A DNA stretch of 64,000 nt from an uncultured Clostridia bacterium. GTDB taxonomy: Bacteria; Bacillota; Clostridia; Oscillospirales; QAKW01. Numbering within the stretch: position 1 is the stretch's first letter; every line of letters starts with the position of its first letter. Shown here in pieces: positions 57,804-64,000 of this stretch. The notes beneath the pieces were generated by a model, which was given only the letters and a program-made list of their open reading frames with translations, was not told the origin of the DNA and ran no database searches. The translations under genes were made by a program, and so were the position numbers. The stretch lies in the NCBI GenBank assembly GCA_944387895.1, contig CALXGQ010000005.1:12365-76364 (forward strand), written 5' to 3'.

Positions 57804-58649
57804 ATGAAAGAACACGTTATCTCAAAAGAAACCATCAGCGATTTCAAACAGCAGTTGTGTCTGGAGGAAAAATCGGAGGCGACCATCGGGAAATACCTTC
57901 ACGATATCAGGGTATTTGCGCAGTATGTCGGAAATACCTCAATCACCAGAGAAAAAGCCGTTGCCTATAAGCAAAATCTGATCGCGCAGGGCTATGCCAT
58001 GCGCAGCGTAAATTCGATGATCGCGTCGCTCAATAGTTATTTTGTTTTTGTCGGGCTTTTAGACTGTAAACTGAAATCCGTAAAAATTCAACGTCAGATT
58101 TTTTGCGCCGAGGAAAAAGAATTGACCAAAGCCGAATATGAGCGTCTGCTCAGAGCGGCCGGGCAAAAGGGGAATCAACGGCTGAATCTCATGATCCAGA
58201 CAATCTGTTCCACGGGGATCAGAGTAAGCGAATTGCAGTTTATAACGGTGGAAGCTGTGCGCAAAGGGGAGGCGGTGGTGTCCCTGAAAGGAAAAACGCG
58301 AACGATCTTTATCGTTAAAGAACTGCGTAAAAAATTGCTCCGCTATATAGCGGAGCAGAAAATCGCAGCAGGAAATGTGTTTGTAACAAGAACAGGCAAG
58401 CCTGTCAGCCGATCCAACATCTGGAGAGAAATGAAAAATCTTTGCAGGCAGGCGGGCGTCAATCCTGATAAAGTATTTCCGCATAATCTTCGTCATCTGT
58501 TTGCCCGTACATTTTATGGCATTGAAAAGGATATCGCGAAACTTGCCGATATTCTCGGCCATTCCAGTATCAATACAACGCGCATTTATATCATGACAAC
58601 AGGAAACGAGCATCGCCAGCGTATGGAACGGATGTGCCTGATCATATAA
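57804..58649 (+). CDS. tyrosine-type site-specific recombinase (XerC/D-like, candidate invertase)
   Basis: 281 aa; N-terminal SAM-like core-binding domain; catalytic signature GIRVSEL (R), HNLRHLF (HxxR), LGHSSINTTRIY (H...Y); GGAGG RBS. Confidence 0.9.
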   Translation: MKEHVISKETISDFKQQLCLEEKSEATIGKYLHDIRVFAQYVGNTSITREKAVAYKQNLIAQGYAMRSVNSMIASLNSYFVFVGLLDCKLKSVKIQRQIFCAEEKELTKAEYERLLRAAGQKGNQRLNLMIQTICSTGIRVSELQFITVEAVRKGEAVVSLKGKTRTIFIVKELRKKLLRYIAEQKIAAGNVFVTRTGKPVSRSNIWREMKNLCRQAGVNPDKVFPHNLRHLFARTFYGIEKDIAKLADILGHSSINTTRIYIMTTGNEHRQRMERMCLII

Positions 58650-58670
58650 AAATTGTTGATGTAATCAGAA

Positions 58671-58693
58671 AAACAACATAATCCGTATTATGT
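58671..58693 (+). repeat. left recombination-site candidate, copy 1
   Basis: AAACAACATAATCCGTATTATGT; exact reverse complement at 58988-59010. Confidence 0.9.
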
Positions 58694-58733
58694 ACTACAT
58701 ATTGTTTAATAAAAATTGTTGATGTAATCAGAA

Positions 58734-58756
58734 AAACAACATAATCCGTATTATGT
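58734..58756 (+). repeat. left recombination-site candidate, copy 2
   Basis: Identical to 58671-58693. Confidence 0.9.
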
Positions 58757-58987
58757 ACTACATATTGTTTAAATTGGTCCAATAATACCGATTTTGCATA
58801 AATATTATAGCATACTGGGCAGAAAAAAACAATCGCCTCACATAAAAATCATAATTTTGCTGATTTTTTTGCAACAATGAAAGGCCTTTTTCGTAAATAA
58901 CGAACAAAGGCTTGCTTATTTGCGCCCTTTTTTCTCTATTTTGCCGCTAAAAGCGGATAAAAGAATAAAGGTCATTCGTGTTTTACA
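58757..58987. promoter_or_regulatory. candidate invertible promoter segment (231 bp; 294 bp if copy 1 is used)
   Basis: A/T-rich, ORF-free, bounded by 23-bp exact inverted repeats, next to a tyrosine recombinase gene. Confidence 0.6.
58804..58832 (-). promoter_or_regulatory. promoter inside the invertible segment, currently facing away from the operon
   Basis: Minus strand TTGTTT (58832-58827), 17-nt spacer, TGc-TATAAT (58812-58804). Confidence 0.5.
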
Positions 58988-59010
58988 ACATAATACGGAT
59001 TATGTTGTTT
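58988..59010 (-). repeat. right recombination-site candidate (inverted)
   Basis: ACATAATACGGATTATGTTGTTT; itself a 10-4-10 dyad ACAACATAAT-ACGG-ATTATGTTGT. Confidence 0.9.
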
Positions 59011-59106
59011 ACCGCACGGGAAAAGGCTTTTTCGCATTTCGGCCGCGGCGGAAAGCGGCCGATCGCAGCCCGAAGCGATAAAAATCTACAGAATGGGAGA
59101 AAAAAG

Positions 59107-59805
59107 ATGCAAGTGCGCGCAAAATCAAAAGCAAGGCCGATCCATCGGGTGATGACGATCATCGGGATTCTTTTATGCGTGGTATTCGGCTTTCTGCTGA
59201 TATGCAACCTGACCATTATTATAAAAGGATCCATCGATCCTTCAAGGCCGCCGTCTATAATGGGCACGACCCCGATGGTCGTTCTTTCGGGCTCCATGTC
59301 GGGGGATGCGGAGGATCATATTGAAGCCGGCGATCTGATTTTTGTCGGGAAGGCCGATCCGGAAGAATTAAAGGTCGGCGACGTGATCGCCTATATGGAG
59401 GAAGACTCCACTTCGGTGGTAACCCACCGCATAATCGAAATCAAAACCGCCGAGGACGGCACGCCGTTTTTCATCACGAAAGGCGACGCTAACAACGTGG
59501 AGGACGATACCCCCGTCACGGTGGACAGGCTGATCGGCAGTTATCAATTCCGCATTGCCGGGGTAGGTAATTTTGCTTTGTTTTTGCAAACGCCGATCGG
59601 GATGCTGCTTTTCATCGGGGTGCCCTTGCTGGCGTTTATCATTTACGACATTCTTCGCCGGCAGCATTATGCCAATAAGGAAAAGAAAAACACGCAGGCT
59701 TTGGAGGAAGAGCTGGAGCGGCTCCGGGCCGCCGCAAATAAGCAGAGTGAAGCCGGGCAGGACGAAGCCAAGCAGAGCGAAGCCAGGCAGGGCGCAGATC
59801 TTTAA
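59107..59805 (+). CDS. archaeal-type signal peptidase I (SipW-like), copy 1
   Basis: Start MQVRAKSK (ATG 59107); N-terminal TM, catalytic Ser box VVLSGSMSGD, His box VVTHRIIE, KGDAN, C-terminal TM plus charged tail. Confidence 0.8.
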   Translation: MQVRAKSKARPIHRVMTIIGILLCVVFGFLLICNLTIIIKGSIDPSRPPSIMGTTPMVVLSGSMSGDAEDHIEAGDLIFVGKADPEELKVGDVIAYMEEDSTSVVTHRIIEIKTAEDGTPFFITKGDANNVEDDTPVTVDRLIGSYQFRIAGVGNFALFLQTPIGMLLFIGVPLLAFIIYDILRRQHYANKEKKNTQALEEELERLRAAANKQSEAGQDEAKQSEARQGADL

Positions 59806-59945
59806 TTTTGTATATCTGCCCGAAGGTGGCCACGCACCGGTGGGATGAAGATATAATCGTGAGGATATCTCACCCCCGGCCAATAGAAGCCGGGAAAAAA
59901 TCAACAGCCGATAACGCGGCAAAATATGAAAAGGAGGACAATTCG

Positions 59946-60599
59946 GTGAAAAAGAATTGGACAATGAGAGTGGGAGTTGCTCTGGTGGCACTCACCCTTA
60001 TCACTTCTTGTTTTGTGGGCGGAACATTTGCAAAATACACCACAGCAGGCACAGGCACCGACTCTGCAAGAGTTGCAAGGTTCGGCGTGACTGTAACGGC
60101 AAACGGCAACATGTTTACAGACGAATATGCCAACGCTGACAATTCAGTAACAGTTGTCGGTCGAGGCGGCGCAAAGGTTGTGGCGCCCGGCACAAGTGGC
60201 GATATGGCATCCATGACTTTGCATGGTGAACCCGAAGTCGACGTAAAGGTTACATATGAAGCGATGGTTGAGCTGAGCAACAATTGGGTAGACGAAGACG
60301 GTGACTTCTATTTCCCCCTTGATATCATCGTAAACAAGCAGGAAGTTGACCTTTCAGGCGCAAAAAACAAAGACGCTGTGACTTCTGCCGTTGCCACTGC
60401 CATCAAAAATTATTCTAAAACATATAAGGCCGGCACAAATCTTTCTACGGTTGGCGCTGATTCTTTGGCAATTTCCTGGAAATGGGATTTTGAAGGCAAT
60501 AACGATGTGAATGATACCTACCTTGGCGATCAGGCCAATAAAGGAAATGCCGGCAGAATTACCATCGGTGTCAAGACCACGGTAACGCAAGTAGACTGA
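59946..60599 (+). CDS. TasA/camelysin-like secreted protein 1 with SipW-cognate-style signal peptide
   Basis: GTG 59946 behind AAGGAGGA (ATG 59964 alternative); KKNWTMRVGVALVALTLITSCFVGGTFAKYT then ARVARFGV; about 190-aa predicted beta-rich body. Confidence 0.65.
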   Translation: MKKNWTMRVGVALVALTLITSCFVGGTFAKYTTAGTGTDSARVARFGVTVTANGNMFTDEYANADNSVTVVGRGGAKVVAPGTSGDMASMTLHGEPEVDVKVTYEAMVELSNNWVDEDGDFYFPLDIIVNKQEVDLSGAKNKDAVTSAVATAIKNYSKTYKAGTNLSTVGADSLAISWKWDFEGNNDVNDTYLGDQANKGNAGRITIGVKTTVTQVD

Positions 60600-60632
60600 T
60601 ATAACGCATATGCAAAAAGCGATCGGAGTTTC

Positions 60633-60658
60633 CCCTGCCAGGTGTGGCACTGGCAGGG
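60633..60658 (+). other. GC-rich hairpin after the first TasA-like gene, no U tract
   Basis: CCCTGCCAG-GTGTGGCA-CTGGCAGGG. Confidence 0.6.
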
Positions 60659-60741
60659 TGGCTCTTGAGCTTATATTGGCAGGATAAAAGCCTGGCCTGT
60701 CAATACAAGTTCAAGAACAAAAAGGTTAACGGAGGCAGGTC

Positions 60742-61503
60742 GTGAATACGAAACTGAAAAATTCCATTGACTGGTTGCTGCCGGCATTTTTGATACTTTT
60801 TATTTTAGAGGTGATCGCGTTTCCTTTCGCGGTGGGGCTGACCTATGCGGGGCGCAGCGAGGATCCCGATCACACCCTCACCTATCAGGCCCGGAAGCTG
60901 ACCTGGAGCGCCGTGGAGGCGATAGACGCAAACGGTGCCGCCCGGCTTTCCATTTTCGACGCGGAATATCAAAGCGTATCCGCTTCAGACGGCAGCGCGG
61001 TGATCGCCCCCGGAACAGAAGGGTTCCATATCATCCGTTTCAAAAATAACGCGGATCATAAAATTGCGTTTACGGCGGTTCTTTATGCGATTCCCAGCGA
61101 TAGCGCCCTGCCGGTAGAGGCGAGCCTCTCCGACGGCGCTTTTGCCGACGCCGCGCCCAATCGGCTGCCCGAAGGGGTAAAAGAGGAGCAGGTCATCCGC
61201 TCCGTTTCCGGCAGCGTAAACAAAAGCGAGATCGTCGACTTTGATATATCCTGGCTTTGGCAGTATGAAACCGGCGCGGAGCAGGATCGGATCGACGTTG
61301 ATTTCGGCGATCGATCGGCAGAGGGGAGCCCTGATGAGATCAAGGTGGGCTTTTATCTTGTGGTCGAGGACGAGGGGGCGCTTCATCTGCCGGAAACCGG
61401 CGACAATACCCGCATGACCCTTTATATCCTGCTGATGGGGATCAGCGGCGCGATGCTTTTGATCCTGGTGATCTTTCAAAAACGGGAGAAAAAAGGCAAA
61501 TGA
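60742..61503 (+). CDS. LPETG cell-wall-anchored paralogue of the TasA-like proteins
   Basis: 253 aa, GTG start; N-terminal TM; shares VIAPGTEG and ISWLWQYE-type motifs with 59946 gene; C-terminal LPETG, hydrophobic stretch, KREKKGK. Confidence 0.7.
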   Translation: MNTKLKNSIDWLLPAFLILFILEVIAFPFAVGLTYAGRSEDPDHTLTYQARKLTWSAVEAIDANGAARLSIFDAEYQSVSASDGSAVIAPGTEGFHIIRFKNNADHKIAFTAVLYAIPSDSALPVEASLSDGAFADAAPNRLPEGVKEEQVIRSVSGSVNKSEIVDFDISWLWQYETGAEQDRIDVDFGDRSAEGSPDEIKVGFYLVVEDEGALHLPETGDNTRMTLYILLMGISGAMLLILVIFQKREKKGK

Positions 61504-62036
61504 CCAAAGTGCTGCGCATAGCTCTCAAGATACTCAGCGGGGCAGTCACCGCCCTTTTGATCCTGATTATTACCGCCAATATTTACCTTTTGGCCGCCCG
61601 GAAAATAACGGGCAGGCAAAATGCCACCGTTTTCGGATTTTCTTCCGCCGTGGTGCTGTCGGGCAGTATGGCGGATGCGATCCAGCCCAACGATCTGATC
61701 ATTACCAAAAGCCAGAAGACCTATGAAATCGGCGATATTATTATGTTTGAGAGCGGCTCCGCCACGGTGACCCATAGAATCATCGACCGGAACGCCGAGG
61801 GATATATCACCAGGGGGGACGCTAATCAAACCGCCGACGAAACGCCGGTGCCGCCGGAAAAGGTGATCGGCAGGGTGATCGCCGTGATCCCCAAAATCGG
61901 CCGCGTCATTTCCTTTTTCGCAACGCCGCTCGGGATGCTGATCTTAGTGCTGGCGCTGCTTTTGGCGATAGAATTGCCGAGCCTGGCGCGCCGCAGAAAT
62001 CAAAAGAAAGGAGAAGCCGAGGCGCATGAAGAATAA
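61500..62036 (+). CDS. archaeal-type signal peptidase I (SipW-like), copy 2
   Basis: 178 aa; VVLSGSMADA, VTHRIID, RGDAN; N- and C-terminal TMs; overlaps both neighbours. Confidence 0.8.
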   Translation: MTKVLRIALKILSGAVTALLILIITANIYLLAARKITGRQNATVFGFSSAVVLSGSMADAIQPNDLIITKSQKTYEIGDIIMFESGSATVTHRIIDRNAEGYITRGDANQTADETPVPPEKVIGRVIAVIPKIGRVISFFATPLGMLILVLALLLAIELPSLARRRNQKKGEAEAHEE

Positions 62037-62640
62037 AGCCGTCAAAATACCCTTCAAAAGAATTCTGCTCTATTTGTGCGTCACGCTGTTTCTTGCCACG
62101 GGCGTCACCTTTTCAAAATACATAACCCGCTCCGAAGGCGGCGACGGCGCGCGGGTCGCCAGGTTTGGAGAGCTGGCGCTCTATGAAACGGAAAACGGCG
62201 AAAAAGTAAACGGCCAAACCCTGATCTATGCCCCCGGCGTAACCATCACCAAAAATCCGGCGGTTGATTTTGCGTGCAATGAGCTTGCCGCTTATGTATT
62301 TGTAAAAATAGAAGCGCGAAACTGGCGCTTTGATCCGGCCGGGAACCGTTTTGCGCTGGTATACGAAAATACCGAAAAACTAACGTGGTCGGTCAATACC
62401 GCCTGGACGGCTTTATCCGGGCAGAACGGGGTTTATTATACTTATGTCCCTGCCGGCGACGCCCTTTCGGGGATGCCGATCATTCAGGGGGATCAGATCA
62501 CCGTTGCCGCCGATATCACCCGTTCGGAAATGGAGGCGGTGCAAAGCGGCATAAGCAACGTGACGTTTACATCCTATGCCGTTCAGGCCAACGGGTTTGA
62601 GAACGCGGCCGCCGCCTGGAGCTCGGTTTCGGCGAAATAA
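62026..62640 (+). CDS. TasA/camelysin-like secreted protein 2 with SipW-cognate-style signal peptide
   Basis: 204 aa; ILLYLCVTLFLATGVTFSKYIT then ARVARFGE, same motif as protein 1. Confidence 0.6.
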   Translation: MKNKAVKIPFKRILLYLCVTLFLATGVTFSKYITRSEGGDGARVARFGELALYETENGEKVNGQTLIYAPGVTITKNPAVDFACNELAAYVFVKIEARNWRFDPAGNRFALVYENTEKLTWSVNTAWTALSGQNGVYYTYVPAGDALSGMPIIQGDQITVAADITRSEMEAVQSGISNVTFTSYAVQANGFENAAAAWSSVSAK

Positions 62641-62663
62641 ATCCGGAGAGAAGGAGGAAGCAG

Positions 62664-64000
62664 ATGAAGAAACGAATCATTGCCGCTCTGCTGGCTGTTT
62701 GCACGCTGATATCAATCGGGCAAGCGCCCGGTTCAGTATCGGCAAATACTGCATCTTCTTATGATATTGAAATCACCGTCGACGGCGAACCGGTGAGCAA
62801 TGTTTCGCTCCCGCAGAGCACGAGAAAGGAAATCGCTGCAGAAGCTTCCCCCGCTGCCGAAAAAGGGGACTACAGCTGGCAGATCTGCGCGGAGATGCAG
62901 AACGATCTATGGGTCGATATTTACGGCGCCGAGGATCAAACGCTTACCCTTTCCTATGCGCTGATCTCCTCCCTGCTCGACGCCGCGGGAAGCGCCTATA
63001 TCCGCGCGGTGCTCACCGTGGACGGCAAACGCTATACCAGCGCGCCCCTCTGCGTCACGGTGGCCTATCAGGCAAGCCTGGAATCGGACGTGAACCCGCA
63101 GGAGCGCGCCGCCCTTAAAACGAAAGCGGGAAAAACGCGGGCGGCGGGAAAGGCGGGCTCCGATCTCGCAACGATAACCATCAACTATCTGGACTGGGAA
63201 AGCAGGGAAGAGATTTATTCTCCTTATACCGCCACCATTGAAAAAGGGACGGTCTTTGAGCAAAGCGTGATCAGCCCTACCTTTTTAGGCTACGCCCCCT
63301 ATACGGTTGCGGAGCAAGGGGACGGAACGTATGTTTTTACAGACGCAACCACCTATCTCCTGCAATATGCCGCAGGGGAGCTTACCGGGGACGTTGTTAT
63401 CAATATTTATTATAAGGCCATTGAGGTTTCCTATGCGGCGAGCTTTTTCTTTCAAAATGTCAATAACGACCTCTATACCGAAAGAACAGACCTTTATTAC
63501 AGCGGCAGAGCCGAAACGGGAACCATTATAGAGGATGATTTCCTTGCGGACCTGGCGGGGAACACCGAGGGCTTTAGTAAACTATATCATTATCCCGAGG
63601 CCGTTGCGGCGGACGGCAGCACCGTTTTTCAATGCTACTACGACCGCAACTACTACCTGCTGAAATTTGATATGGACGGCGGCTACGGCGTCGATCCCAT
63701 CTATGCCCGCTACGAAACGCCCTATATCGTCAGCGAGCCGGTGCGCTACGGTTATGTTTTTGCCGGCTGGGATTTGCTGACGGAGGATACCAACGGCAAT
63801 GGCGAGCCGGATCAGGGGGATGGGGTCGCCGACGCCCTGCCCGCCACGATCGAGGTGGGTAACCAAAACTACCGCGCGCTTTGGACCACTGCGGAAACGA
63901 CGTATGACGTTGTATATTGGCTTGAAAACGCCCGGGACGAAAATGGCGACGTGGCCGATAACGGCTATTCCTTTTTGACGTCCAGAGGCGATATAGCGGC
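62664..64000 (+). CDS. large secreted repeat protein (Listeria-Bacteroides/Flg_new-like repeat), 3' end beyond window
   Basis: Not in the ORF track because it has no stop in the window. ATG 62664 behind AAGGAGGA, and I translated it by hand without finding a stop. Signal peptide MKKRIIAALLAVCTLISIGQAPGSVSA; YYLLKFDMDGGYG...RYGYVFAGWDL repeat signature. Confidence 0.7.
   Translation, partial: MKKRIIAALLAVCTLISIGQAPGSVSANTASSYDIEITVDGEPVSNVSLPQSTRKEIAAEASPAAEKGDYSWQICAEMQNDLWVDIYGAEDQTLTLSYALISSLLDAAGSAYIRAVLTVDGKRYTSAPLCVTVAYQASLESDVNPQERAALKTKAGKTRAAGKAGSDLATITINYLDWESREEIYSPYTATIEKGTVFEQSVISPTFLGYAPYTVAEQGDGTYVFTDATTYLLQYAAGELTGDVVINIYYKAIEVSYAASFFFQNVNNDLYTERTDLYYSGRAETGTIIEDDFLADLAGNTEGFSKLYHYPEAVAADGSTVFQCYYDRNYYLLKFDMDGGYGVDPIYARYETPYIVSEPVRYGYVFAGWDLLTEDTNGNGEPDQGDGVADALPATIEVGNQNYRALWTTAETTYDVVYWLENARDENGDVADNGYSFLTSRGDIA

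Larger units (their letters stand above)
58647..58772 (+). repeat. perfect tandem duplication, 2 x 63 bp
   Basis: 58647-58709 and 58710-58772 identical on base-by-base comparison; first unit starts with the recombinase stop codon. Confidence 0.95.

Noticed and set aside
58647-58772. Possible CRISPR array
   Set aside because: There are only two directly abutting 63-bp units, with no spacers and no cas genes. It is interpreted as a tandem duplication of a recombination site.
58978-59106. Upstream extension of the first signal peptidase ORF (track start 58978)
   Set aside because: The extension would read through the right inverted repeat and has no RBS. ATG 59107 is preceded by GGGAG, and the resulting N-terminus (basic, then TM) matches the second peptidase copy.

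Overview
GC-rich, densely coding chromosomal window. Gene content suggests a spore-forming anaerobic Firmicute (Clostridia / Oscillospiraceae-like): ytfI-ytfJ, pdaA, rubrerythrin/PerR, GGAGG-type RBSs. All calls rest on reading the supplied ORF translations and the DNA by eye; no searches were run.

Order of content:
- his operon: hisD (5' truncated), hisC, hisB, hisH, hisA, hisF, hisIE and a PHP histidinol phosphatase.
- A minus-strand AraC / cohesin-like surface protein / manA / sugar-isomerase unit, divergent from a large GH-like protein, an IMPase-family protein and a GH78 rhamnosidase.
- Guanine riboswitch-xpt, then a BMP-family nucleoside ABC importer.
- Assorted housekeeping genes: FAD oxidoreductase, AIM24, plsC, ybaK-like.
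- hom-lysC-asd, then ytfI-ytfJ.
- A MerR regulator with a divergent target promoter that has a 19-bp spacer, then gap.
- tcdA and a 6S-RNA-like locus.
- Two OmpR/HisKA two-component pairs flanking degV.
- Nitroreductase, perR-rubrerythrin, typA, pdaA, PiT, mfd-pth.

Main hunt result (57.8-64 kb): a tyrosine recombinase gene is followed by an A/T-rich segment of about 230-290 bp. This segment is bracketed by exact 23-bp inverted repeats, and the left repeat is present twice because of a perfect 63-bp tandem duplication. The segment carries a near-consensus promoter that currently points away from the downstream operon. That operon has two archaeal-type (SipW-like) signal peptidases, two TasA/camelysin-like proteins with SipW-cognate-style signal peptides, an LPETG-anchored paralogue, and a large secreted repeat protein that runs off the window. 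I read this as a phase-variable (inverton-controlled, currently OFF) surface-fibre/adhesin system.

Secondary oddities:
- An orphan promoter plus terminator upstream of pth.
- A leader of about 300 nt with strand-asymmetric GGA/CCGGAAG repeats upstream of the nitroreductase gene.
- A dispersed palindromic intergenic repeat.
- A membrane-anchored cohesin-like protein with a 21-bp tandem-repeat linker.

No rRNA, tRNA or CRISPR array was seen.
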